Source of the DNA: Vicugna vicugna | Taxonomy: Eukaryota | Direction of reading: 5' to 3' | DNA length: 64,000 nt | Assembly (NCBI GenBank): GCA_013265495.1 | Contig: MU057930.1 | Location: forward strand, 381,599 to 445,598 | Shown: piece by piece, positions 13,540 to 25,027 of the stretch | Position numbering within the stretch: position 1 is the stretch's first letter | How the letters are laid out: each line of letters starts with the position of its first letter | Translations under genes and position numbers: made by a program | The notes under the pieces: model-generated | Told to the model about the DNA's origin: nothing | Databases searched by the model: none | The model's input: only the letters and a program-made list of their open reading frames with translations

Positions 13540-14004
13540 TCAATCTGTCCTTCTCTCCCTGTCTCTTCCTTTTAATTGCATGCTGACATTTAGTTCCTTC
13601 TTGGCGCTGCTTAGACTTTATTTTCCTTATTAATCTGGGTGGTGGTGGTCTGCCACATGGGCATCAGGATGTGGACGTCTTTGGGGACATTCTTCTTTTT
13701 TAAGGTCATTTAATACATTTATTTTTAGATTTTTCAGGGTGAATTTTTTCCTGAAATTTTTGCTTGAGAATTGTTTAAACGGACCCACATTCCAAAAAGC
13801 ATAGTAAAAGAAAACAAATTGATATTTTAAATAAAGAAATTTGCTTTCCTATTCATGCAGCTACTTAGAGTATGGAAGAATAACGTGACGAAGCAAATAT
13901 TTAATTTGCATAGTTATATATTCGCTTTTATGTATGTGATAGGCTGCTGCATGTTAAATATGTATATGAGCATCAGTCTAAATGAATTTTTCACACTGAA
14001 TAAA

Positions 14005-14225
14005 AAATTATTGGGAGTTTGAGATTTGCAAATGTTAACCACTATATATAAAAATAGAAAAAAATATTTGTTCTGTAGAGCACAGGGAACTATGTTCAAT
14101 ATCTTGTAATAACCTTTAATGAAAAATATATGACATGAATACATGTATACATATGCATGACTGGGACACTGTGCTGTACACCAGAAATTGATACACTGTA
14201 ATAGACTATACTTCAATTAAAAAAA
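14005..14225 (+). mobile_element. L1 3'UTR fragment; related copies at about 21480-21660, 28790-29120, 33680-33905 and 50680-50765
   Basis: agcacagggaactatgttcaatatcttgtaataacc...gctgtacaccagaaattga. Confidence 0.8.
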
Positions 14226-14956
14226 TTAAGTTCTGTAGGTGAAAAAAAGAAGTATGCCAGGTTTGGCTTTTTTTTTTTTTGGCAGCATGTTTTAGAATAT
14301 TTGTGTTATATCAAATAATGATGTTCTTATAATCAGTAGAATCATAGTTTGGAGATAATGTGGCCACTCTGGGTGCCCACCCTCCTTGAATGCATTGCCT
14401 GAATGTAAAAATTCAAACTGAGTCCATCACTTGATGAATAGGTAAGCAGAAAATGGTCCAGCCACATGGGGGAATATTACTCAGCCAGGAAAAGGAGTAA
14501 AGCTGTGATGCATGATACACGTGGATGGACCTTGAACACAGGATGCTCCATGAGAGAAGCAGACACAGAAGGACACACAGGGTGTGATTCCATGTTTAGA
14601 ATAAGGAAGTAGAGAGAGATAAAAGTAAGTTAGCAGCTGGGCACAGGAGGAAACAGGAAATGATTACAGATAGGTTCTGGATTTCTTTTAGAGGTGATGA
14701 AAATGTGTGATTAGATTGTGGTGCTGGTTGCACAATTCTGAGAAGGCCAAAAATCACTGAACTATGCAAAAGAAGAAAAAATCAAATCTGATCATGACAA
14801 ATTATAATTTCTGTCCTGAATAGAAAAGCATAGTTCCTGGGTAGCAGTATTTTCTGTTTATCTTCAGGTGGACGGCCCCATTCCAGAGCAACGGTTGGGA
14901 ATTATCGGGATGAGATAAAGACCACAGATAAGGATCTGGGCATGGCTCATCCTTAC

Positions 14957-15091
14957 CTTTATATATCCCATTCCAGCCGCCATATTGCTGGTTTTCAAAC
15001 TGAGCCTCTAAGGACCCCCCATGATCCGATGTAAAGTAAACAAGGGTGCTGTTGGCCAGTCCTTCTGCGTCCAAAATATCAAGTATCTGCC
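14957..15091 (-). CDS. ARSL: ARSL coding exon 7 (QILDILD...YFTSDHGG...GWNGIYK)
   Basis: 135 nt; tttgcag| acceptor and G|gtaagg donor; FTSDHG metal-binding motif. Confidence 0.93.
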
Positions 15092-15484
15092 CTGCAAAGA
15101 ATAGATGCATTTGAGCCAGACAAAATAGAAAACGCTCTTAAACTACGTCATTCAGCATGTGCTTTAGCATTCTGGGGTGCTTCAAGAGAACGACTCTTTA
15201 GTATTACAGCATCCTGGGAGCTAGCACTTACATAACTGTGGAATTTTAAGCATCCTCGATTTAAGATTGAAATACATCTTTATACATGTCCTGCCCTGTT
15301 TCCAAAAAGCTTTAGAAAAGCTGGAAAGGTATGCGCTCCATAGGACAAAATAATAACAATGTAAAAGTTTGGCAAAAGAAGCTTACAGAGAAAAAAGGAT
15401 AGGCGGGTCTAGGAAGGAGGCTGATAATGGCATTGAGACGTATGCACAGCAGTGAAGCACGGTCTTCAATGGTGAGTCTCTTTC

Positions 15485-16290
15485 TTAGAGTTAAAAACAC
15501 ATGCACCCCAGTGTTCACAGCACCACTGTTTATAATTGTCAAGACATGGAAGCAACCTAAATGTCCATCAACAGATGACTGGATAAAGAAGATGTGGTGT
15601 ATTTACACAACGGAATACTACTCAGCCATAAAAAAGAATGAAATATTCCCATTCGCAGCAACATGGATGGACCCGGAGATTGTCATACTAAGTGAAGTAA
15701 GTCAGAGAGAGACAAATATCATCAACCACTCCCCCAGCTTCTTTTTGATAACTATTTGCATGGAATATCAACCCGAGTGTGTATTGATGGATGACTGGAT
15801 AAATATATTCAACAAAATATGACTCAGTCTAGAGGAAGAAGGAAATCCTGTCATTGGCAGCGACATGGATAGCCCTTGAGGGCATTATGCTTAGTGCAGT
15901 AAGTCAGACGGAGAAAAATAAACACTGTGTGATCTCACTTACAGGCGGAATCTAAAAACAAATAAATTGACACAAGTGAACTTATTTACAAAACAGAAAC
16001 AGACTTACACAGAAAGCAAACTTAGTTACCAAAGGGGAGAGTGGGAAGGGATACATTAGGAGTTTGGGATTAGCAGATACACACTACTGTATATAAACTA
16101 GATAAACAACAAGGACCTACTATACAGCACAGGGAACTGTATTCAATATCCTGTAATAAACTGAAATGGAAAAGAATATGAAATCATATATATATATATA
16201 TGAGTTAGTTTGCTGTACACCTGAAATGAATACAAAATTGTAAAACAACTGTACTTCAATTTTTGAAAAGTTACAAACTTAAAAGAAACA
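15485..16290 (+). mobile_element. LINE-1 ORF2 C-terminus and 3'UTR fragments
   Basis: Translates to TCTPVFTAPLFIIVKTWKQPKCPSTDDWIKKMWCIYTTEYYSAIKKNEI, a typical L1 ORF2p end. Confidence 0.92.
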
Positions 16291-16833
16291 AATGTATTTC
16301 CTTGGGGTTAGGTCTTGCTTTTTGTTTTTTTAAATACAGTCTGACCGTGTCTGAATTTTAGTTGGTGTGTTAGAGCACTTGTGTTCAACACAGTTATCCA
16401 TATGGTTAGCTTTAAATCAACTGTATTGCCCTTGGTTTTTGCTTGCGTGTGTGTGTGTGTGTTTCAGTGTGTTCCATCTGTTCTTTGGCCATTTCTTCCT
16501 CTTAAGTTGCTTCCTTTCAGACAAGGATTATTAAATTTGTACCGCTATTGATTTTTCTCCCCCCTCATGAGTAGATTTTATTTTTTAGAACAGTGTTGGG
16601 TTTACAGATAACCATTGGAGAGCCAATACGGATGCACTGTTATGAACTAAAGTCTTCAGTTTGCATTAGGGTTCACTGTTTGGGTTGTGCCTTCTGTGGC
16701 TTTTCATAAAGACACACAAAATGTCTCGTATCTGCCAACGTTGTCACACGGAAGAGTTTCACTGCCTTAATGGATTCCTGAACTCCACCCACCTACATTA
16801 TTAAGTGATTTTAATTTAAAAAGTATCATATGA

Positions 16834-17003
16834 GAGGAGGGTATAGCTTAGTGGTAGAGTGTGTGCTTAGCATGCCCGAGGTCCTGGGTTCAATCCCCAG
16901 TACCGCCACTGAAATAAATAAAATAAATAAACCTAATTACTTGCCTAATAATAATAATAACAATAATAATAATCATGTAGCACACAAAAACTAAAAAAAA
17001 AAA
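16834..17003 (+). mobile_element. tRNA-derived SINE with target-site duplication
   Basis: A and B boxes; flanked by aaaaag(t/c)atcata. Confidence 0.85.
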
Positions 17004-17882
17004 GCATCATACAGTTGCTTGACTTTTAAGTTGAGACGTAGAAAAAAGGAAGACATTGCAAAGAGTCGTTAAATGTCTCTCATAAAAAGCTCCTTATCCT
17101 GATGAACCTCCGGGTTCTTTTTGTACCGTAAAACTTCATTCTTTATCATTCAGCAAGTATTTGATCGCATAAATTTGCACGTTTATTCCTTTAAGATTTT
17201 TTTTTCTCAAATTGTGGCACTGTGAATTCCGCTTTAAGCCCTCAGCCTGTGACATCACATAAAACAGCCTACATTTCCCATAGATTCTTCATCTTCTCCA
17301 CCCAAGGACCCTTAGAAGCAAAGGTGAGTGGATTTGTCTCAGAGGGAGAGTGGCCGTGCCCTCTGGGGATGCGAGGTGACTTGAATCATTGCACAAGCAT
17401 GTTCCAAGTTCTCACATCCCGTGTTTTAGTCCATGAGGACACCGTGAAAATATTTTTAAGATATGTTTCTCCCTACAAATCTCTGATGACAATCGCTGCA
17501 GCCCATCACCACACAAACCCACGGGTGCCAAGCCTTCATCCGAGAAGCAGGGAAGGGGCATCTTGTGAGACCACTGACTCACTCAAGAAACGTTCACTTT
17601 TTGTTACACCCGGCACCATTCTAAACAGGGGATGCAGTTGGAGAAGACAGCGAGGCGGTCCCAACCCACAGGGGTTCTACCCTCTCCTGGGGGGAAACAG
17701 AAAATCAACCCACCTGAAAAAGAGAAATAGAACAACACGGAGCAAAGAGGACCTTTGACGTTCAAGGAGACGCCTCTCCTACGGGTCATCTTATTAGTCC
17801 CCTCTTCTCAGTCTTTATCTCCCGTCCTCCTGCTGTTTCTGGAGCAGGAACCATCATGGTCTCACCTGGAACAGGTACGTAC

Positions 17883-18019
17883 CCACCATCCAGTCCATCT
17901 CTTCCACGTTGTCCCCGTACAGCCCGTGGCGGCTCCTCCCTCGGAAGTTCTCGGTGGTGATCAGAGGCGTGTGAACGTGCAGGAAGGACACGAAGAGGAG
18001 GAAAGGTCCTTGCTTGTTT
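17883..18019 (-). CDS. ARSL: ARSL coding exon 6 ([19 protein letters not shown]...[12 protein letters not shown])
   Basis: 137 nt; ttttcag| acceptor and G|gtacgt donor; read by hand, this frame is not in the ORF track. Confidence 0.92.
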
Positions 18020-18988
18020 CTGAAAACAGATCAACGTATTGGAGTCGTCTTGGAGGGGAAGCCAGAGATTGCGGTGCTGGACACGTTTAATACAGAGCTA
18101 CATCTCCACACCCTTCGTTAGATACGTGTCTTTGCTGCTGTTCCCACCGGAAACAGATGCGTAAAACCCCTGTTCAGCGGGAGAATGTTCTTGTGTTTGA
18201 CAAGCTTCAGACTCATGACTTCTGTCTTCTAAAGTCTGTTAAAGATTCCAGACTGATTTTATACATTTTTTCCCCTCCCTGGATTATCATTTTCAAACTA
18301 CGTACTTCGGACAACTGAAAGTAAGACAGCATACCGGGATGCTGTCTGCTCTGGCTTGCGTTCATTCTGTTGTTTCAGTACACTTCTCCACTGCCATCTT
18401 AGCGTCAATATTACAAGTGATTTGAACATTCAGTTTCCTTTACCACTGCATTTAAGTAGTGAAGTTTAGGGCACGAAAGAGTTATGAAAAACACACTTTT
18501 TTTTTCATAAATGATTATGAATTTCATTTGGACCCTCCCTCGTCTTGGCGATGCCCCAGCTCCCTCGCTATTCATGCCAGATCTTCATGGTCTAACGCAT
18601 GTCCTCAACGCACAGAAGCACAGCTGAATTTTCTTACACTGAATTAAGATGCATCAGACTCACCTGTCTTAGTCTGAAAGGTGATTATCCGCTTCAGACT
18701 TGACCCGTGTTAGGCAATTCCACCCAGAACGCTCTCACAACGTTCCAGGACATGATCACAGCCTCATCCCCGCCAGGTAAGCTGGGGCTTGACGGTGTCA
18801 CCCCCTCCACTGGGACACCCCTGGGGGGCGTGGGACTGGCTCTGTTCGCTGTTAGCGTTTCGTCGTGTCTCTCTTGGCCTGACCTGCTCATTCCCCTCAT
18901 CACTGCCACTCAGACTCACCCCTAGGCTGGCATGAGCAAGAGGACAACTTCGTCTTGATGGCAGAGCTTCAGAAACGCTTAGAACTGC

Positions 18989-19110
18989 AGGGAGGGTGCA
19001 GCTCAGTGGTAGAGTTCATGCCTAGTGGGCACAGGGTCCTGGTTCTAAGCCCCACTACCTCCGCTAAAAAATTTAAACCGATACATAAAACGAATTGCCT
19101 CCCCTGATCA
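18989..19110 (+). mobile_element. tRNA-derived SINE, diverged
   Basis: gggagggtgcagctcagtggtagag... Confidence 0.75.
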
Positions 19111-19421
19111 AACTCTTTTCTAAGAAATCAGAGTTTATTGCAACGCGCCTTCCGGCGGTACGTGAAGCTTGGGGGGACCAGGGGGCGCTCATACCGCTAG
19201 ACTGGCTCTGGAATAGGAGGGAGCAGCCGCGAAGTCCAAACGCCCGTCCGCTGCCTCAGCGGGTCGAGCTGGGTGAGCGGCAGCCCCGCCCCCTTCAGCA
19301 AACGCGCCTCTCCGAGCCAGGAGCGGCCCCCGCCTCCAGCGCCCGTCGCAGCAGGCCCGTCGGGACGCGTGCTGCCACCCTGCGGCGAAGCGCTGCGCCG
19401 CAGCCGGCCGCGGACACTCAC

Positions 19422-19806
19422 CGGCTGACGAAGGCCGACACCTCGCGCAGCATCAGCGGCGCGGCGCGCGGCAGGCGCATCGGCTGCTGGGCCACGCGGC
19501 GCTCGCGCATGAGCAGGCAGTCCGCGTGCACGACCAGCGCGCCCAGGCAGCGCGACGCGGCGCCCAGCGCGGCGGCGGCGGCGGCGGCGCAAAAAAAAAA
19601 CGCGAGCGCGAGCGCGGCGGCGGCGGCGGCGCGGGCGCCCAGGCGCAGCGGGCGCTCCAGGGCCGCGCGCTTCTCCGACAGCTCCCAGCGCGCGCAGTCG
19701 CCCATGAGCGAGAGCGGCGTCCCGAAGAACCGGTCGAAGCCGTGCCTGAGCGGGTGGTGGCAGTGGTCGCTGGCGGACTCGCAGCTGAGCCCCAGGTGCC
19801 ACTTTC
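19422..19806 (-). CDS. ARSL: ARSL coding exon 5 ([18 protein letters not shown]...membrane hairpin...EVSAFVSR), divergent and GC-rich
   Basis: ctttcag| acceptor and CG|gtgagt donor; 385 nt, frame preserved; GKWHLG motif and [15 protein letters not shown] match ARSE. Confidence 0.9.
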
Positions 19807-21154
19807 CTGAAAGGCAGAGAGGACGCGGGCTTGAGCGCGGGGCGCCCGGCTCGGGGCGAGCGGCCGCGGCGAGCTGGCGACGCGCCGGAAGGTTCCAGGC
19901 ACCCTGCTGGGCGCTGCGCTGGGCTGGGGTACTGCCTGCTGCTGTTTGCACCGCGCCCTGGCCTCACTGTTTCGGGGGAATGAGGCCCTGTGTGGCAGCT
20001 CTATTTCCCGTGCTGTTGTAACAGACTTCCTTAACTGGGCCGCTCCGAGCTGCGGACATGCATCCTCTCCCCGTCCTGGAGACCGACGTCTCCGATCAAG
20101 GTGTGAGCGACGCAGTGCTCCCTCCACAGACTCCAGGGGAGGGTCCTCCCTGCCTCTTCCAGCTTCTGGGGGCTCCAGGCGTCCCTGGGTTTTCAGCCAC
20201 GTCAGTGCATCCTCTGCCTGCATGATCACCTACCTCCTCTTTGCAGTCAAATGGCTCACTGTCTCCCTCTTGAAAGGACCCTTGTCCTGGCACATCAGGA
20301 AACCTGGGTAACCCATCCCTCCCTCTCAAGATCTTCCACTTAACCACATCTGCCAAAATCCCCCCCCCATTTTTCCCCCAGAGAAGGTCATATTTGCAGT
20401 TTTCCAGTGTTTAGGACTATTCAGTCCACGACACCTGATTTTGCAAAGGGCTATGGGAGAGCCAGAATCAAGGCGGAGAGGGAGTGGCCAGATCACCCTA
20501 GAGAAGTCGATCTGTCGTAACCAGCATGACCAAGGGGCTTCCTGACTTTAGAATTGTGCCTCCCTTTGCTAATTCAGTCTCGTCCTAGTCAGGGTCAGGG
20601 TGGGTGATGGGTTTTACGGAGCCCAGTTTTCAAGGTCAGTCAGGGGGACATGCTTAGACTGCCTGCTGTGGATAAAGAAACTCTCCATGTGTCTTCTCAG
20701 CTGCCCGATGGTGACCGTCATCCAGAAAACCTGGGGTTTCCCGAGGAATATCTGGGAATCTACTGGTTTCTCTATTCGAAGAGCTGCAGAGCTAGCCATG
20801 GTCTCTGTCATCAATACATGACACGGTTAACAGAATTATCGCCACACCACAATGATGATAGTGATAAATTGGTCCCCTGTCAAGAAACCATCACCCCGAA
20901 ATTGATTCCATTCTCTATGCAACATGGTGTGTTGAGGTTCAGAGGCATAAGCGTGCTATTTGTGGAAGCAGAGAGGGAAGCCCTGATCTATGCAGTCACA
21001 TTTCTACATAGGGAATATGGGGGAAAAAACAGCATTATGGGACTTTTTTTGGTAATTTGGTAAAATTAGACAACATTTTCTTTTTTAAAAAAAATCATGA
21101 CGCCTCACCAAATTATATGAAATGCCAAATATTTCCTTAAACTGAAATTTCTTG

Positions 21155-21294
21155 GTTTGTTTTTTTTTTTTTTTGGTAGGGGGAGGTAATTCAGATTATT
21201 TATTTATTATTTATTTCATGGAGGGAATGGGGATGGAACCCGGGACCTCGTGCATGCTAAGCATGCGCTCTACCACTGAGCTGGGCCCTCCCCT
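21155..21294 (-). mobile_element. tRNA-derived SINE
   Basis: Reverse complement of the same consensus, with a poly-T tail. Confidence 0.85.
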
Positions 21295-21685
21295 CCTTAA
21301 ACTGATACTTCTTGAGCATCTATTTTGCAACCTGGGTATCGATGTCATTCCAGCATGCATAGGGCTTTCTGTCTGGTGGGAAATCCCACTGTGTCCCAAC
21401 TATTCATTTCCGAACTTTTGGGTTGGACATAACCTTAAGTTGAATATAAAAGTAACGTGCTTAATACTTAAAAAAATTGCACATACCCAAACAGCAGGTT
21501 TATACTGTCTAGCACAGCGAAGTCTCTTCAGTGTCTTGTAGGAACTTACGGTGAAAAAGAATACGAAAACAAATACATGCATGTTCGTGTGTGACTGGAG
21601 CACTGTGCTGTGCCCCAGAAACTGACACAGCATTGTAAAGTGACTCTACTTCCATAAAAAATATGTATGTAACAAACGTACGTAC

Positions 21686-21808
21686 CTATGAGTCCAGTGG
21701 CATAGCCTTTATCTTGCAATATTTTTGCAAAAGTCGTCTCATTTGCAGGAAGGCCCCCAGAGACTCCCGTCCACTGAAGAACACGGTAACCGTTGCTGGA
21801 AACCATAC
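21686..21808 (-). CDS. ARSL: ARSL coding exon 4 ([40 protein letters not shown])
   Basis: 123 nt; aag| acceptor and G|gtacgt donor. Confidence 0.93.
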   Translation of the reverse strand, partial: VWFPATVTVFFSGRESLGAFLQMRRLLQKYCKIKAMPLDS

Positions 21809-23584
21809 CTTTGATCAATTAATTTCAAAGAACTGTTACAGTCAAGCATCACTGGGTATCATCATCTTTATCTTTTTGTTTTCGACGCTTTGCTTTTTTT
21901 ATGCTGACTTTCATTCCAGTCTCCACATAGCTAGACATCACATAAACAGCCAATATCCCATATGTTTTTTTTTCCTGTGACATTTTGTATTAAGCGTTTT
22001 TCAGAATGTTAATCTTCAAAACCATCACTTCAATAAGGGCATATTTTTTTCATATATCAATTAATGCGACGCTTGGTATTCAAACCTGTCTCCACATTGG
22101 GATCATGAGGGAAGCTTCAAAACATATTGACATCTGGTTATCACCCCGGAGATTGTGATTTTGGTTGGTCTGGGGTGGAATTTGGGATTTGGGACAGCTG
22201 AAGGACTCCCCCCAGGTGACTGTAGTGTGCTGAAAAACTACCCTGAGCTTGATCTTTCTAGGACCTCGTCCCCAAGCGTTTCAAAATGTGGATTCAGTAT
22301 TTTTATAGAGCTCTGCCATGTACCATTGAGAACCAAGAACTTAGAAGACACTCCTTGCCTCCTAGACCTCTCTGATGAATGCAACTCAGTCTGATTCGAG
22401 AGGCCCCATCTGGCTCAGAGAGTGACTGCACATTGTGGGAACTTGGAGAGCTTGGAGACGTCCCAAAACTTCGAGAATGCGTCTGGTGCCAGAAAGCCAG
22501 GTGAATGCTAAATAGGTCTTCCCTGAGAGGGTGTCAGAGAACCATGTATACAAGGGTGAGTGAAGGTCAGCAGGTTGTCCAGCCTGACCAGGCTACAGTC
22601 TCCAGTTATTCCAGCACGAGTCCACCAGTCTAGGTGGTGCTGTGAAAGCCTTCTGTAGGTGTAGTTAGTACCTACAATCAACCGGCTGGAAGTAAAGAAG
22701 GTGACCCCTGTTAAGGTGGGTGGGCCTCGTCTAATCAGTTGGCGGCCTTAGGCACAAACATTGATGTTTCCAGACACAGAAGAAATTCTGCAACATCATA
22801 TCCTGCCTGAGTCTCCAGCCTGCTGTCCTGCCCTAAGGATTCTGGACCAGCCAAGACCCCACAATCATAGGAGCCAATTCCTTAAAATAAATCTCTTTGC
22901 AGGGAAAGAGAGAGACAGTAGATCATCAATAAATAAACTCATTCAGAGGGTTCAGAAGGTTTGTGGTGGTTGTTGTCGGTGGAAGTACTGAAGATTGAAC
23001 CTGGGACCTCTGCCAAACTAGGTCACTCTTTGAACTCATTCAGGGGGCTCAGTTCTGTCACTTGGGGCCACAGAGAGCCAAGGAAATTCCTTTTCCATGG
23101 GGTGGGCAGAGATTTGCAAACAACCTTTGGAGACCCCCCTGTTTCTTCTCCATCAGATTAGGCATATTTGGTTACTTAAACTTTTGCACAACCATGCTCC
23201 CAATACCGCTCGTTATGTCTTAACATCCCTTATACATCCCTAGGCGTTGACAAGCTTGCCCCCGTGGGGCACATCCTGCTGGCCACCCGTTTTCACACCC
23301 TTTCTGAGTGAAGAATGGTTTTGTACTTTTTTTTTTTTCATGGTGGTGAAAAAATTTAAAGTCGTATATTTCATAGCATATGGAATTATATGGCATTGAC
23401 GTATCAGTGCCCATCATGACTTCAAGCTGACGGTAAACGTCCAGGGGACTTGGCCCAGTCTCCTTGCACCGTCCTGGAGGAAGCACACTTTCTTAGTTAA
23501 AGAGAACTTCGCACACTAACTTAGCTAACGTTCCAAAGAGCGTGCTCGTGCCCAGCGTGTGGCTGGACAGAAGAGCGGACCGAC

Positions 23585-23706
23585 CTGAGCGCAGAGGGTA
23601 CCTCCCAGTCAGGAATGCAGCCCTGCTCGGGGTGCACATGGAAGCGGCCGCGAGGTGCTGCCTCAGCACCACTCCGTCCTTGGCCAGGCGGTCAATGTTC
23701 GGAGTC
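23585..23706 (-). CDS. ARSL: ARSL coding exon 3 ([11 protein letters not shown]...[17 protein letters not shown])
   Basis: 122 nt; catalytic CTPSR motif; canonical splice sites. Confidence 0.94.
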
Positions 23707-24292
23707 CTGCGAAGGGAAGGGGTGAACATTCATTCCTCGGCAAATGCACGCGCGGGTTTACCCCACAAGCAAGGTGACAGCACGTTGTAAGCGGTGCCTG
23801 AGGGCGGGGGTCAGACCCAGCCTCGTGTGTGGGTTTTAAGGACCACGATCACCTGTGATGGGGTGACTTTATCCTACGACAGATGAACTAGGAATGGCAG
23901 ACGGGCACGTCCTGGCTTGGGCTGGGCAGGCCACGGACTGGTCTGTAGCACAGGGAGCCCTGAAATTGTGCGTGAGTGGGCGGACGTGGCTTGATGGATG
24001 GAGGTCGGAGAGCGAGGTAAACTTGATATTATTCATCTTTGGGTTACAGGCAATAGTGATGATTTAAAAAAAATCATCGTCTACTATAGACTGTGCTGAT
24101 GGAGGTCATATTTAAAAGTGCGGTGGTGAGTCCTGTGTAGGATTCATTTGGGCTGGGGTTGCTGCAGGTGTCGGGGAGAAAGGTGCTCAAAGGCGTGACG
24201 TGTGTGCAGGATTCTACAAAGTCTGCACTGCATAAACCAAGGGCTGGACGCATTATCAGTGGCCTCTGCACCGGGGGCCCTCTGTTCCTTGC

Positions 24293-24442
24293 CTTATGGT
24301 GGTGTTCCCGTAGCAGCCGACGTCTCCAATGCCGAGATCGTCCGCCATCAGAAGAAGGATGCTCGGACGGGAGCCAAAATAATCTCTGCCAGCCGAGGGC
24401 TTCGCGGCGAGAAGCACTCCGATGGCCACGGCCAGCCAGCTC
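24293..24442 (-). CDS. ARSL: ARSL coding exon 2 ([11 protein letters not shown]...[26 protein letters not shown])
   Basis: tgtttcag| acceptor; 150 nt like the ARSD and ARSF paralogs if the donor is AG|gcaagg (GC donor). Confidence 0.88.
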
Positions 24443-25004
24443 CTGAAACACAAGGGGCCACAGAGGGCTTCACGCTGCCGTCCGTTTTGTTGACACTACT
24501 TCTGTAAGCCGGGGGTCACTATCTGAGGGGACTCGGATATTATCAGCCCATTTCAGAAGAGTCTGAATACATCTCTTTGACATTTTTTTGTCTTTAATTT
24601 AAACAACTCATACTTCTACGGACGCCACCGCGAGCATGCACAGGGACAACAGCACAGTGGGGTTCCGATCCCCGGGGTCATGAAATAAAGACAGAATCTG
24701 ACTCCGCAAAGCAATTCTGCATCGTGGGCTTCCAGGAAAACCAGACGCCCGGCCCACGGGAGGGCTTGATGCACGGCTGGGCTGGGAAGTGTGGAATGGA
24801 ATTCCCCCTGAAGCTGCCTGGGGTACCTCCCAGGTCGGGGCGCACGGAACACATACATTAAGCGTGAGCCCCACACCTGATCAGCAAGAGACATGACCAA
24901 CCACTCACTGAGAAACAGCCGTCTGTTATCAATGCATCTGAGAAAGGGCCGGGAAGAAACAGGCAAGCACAGAGGATTCGGCATCGCACATAATCCGATC
25001 TTAC

Positions 25005-25027
25005 CAGGACTGTTCTGGGTGCAGCAT
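25005..25027 (-). CDS. ARSL: ARSL coding exon 1 (MLHPEQS-W); whole exon 25005-25047
   Basis: Strong acceptor ctttctttcttacag|, ATG at 25027, donor TG|gtaaga; resembles the human ARSE start MLHLHHSC; phase 2 fits the next exon. Confidence 0.85.

Noticed and set aside
15427..15822. 131-aa ORF
   Set aside because: Fragment of L1 ORF2p, not a host gene.
19095..20229. Overlapping 256-308 aa ORFs in other frames and on the plus strand
   Set aside because: Shadow ORFs of the GC-rich ARSL exon.
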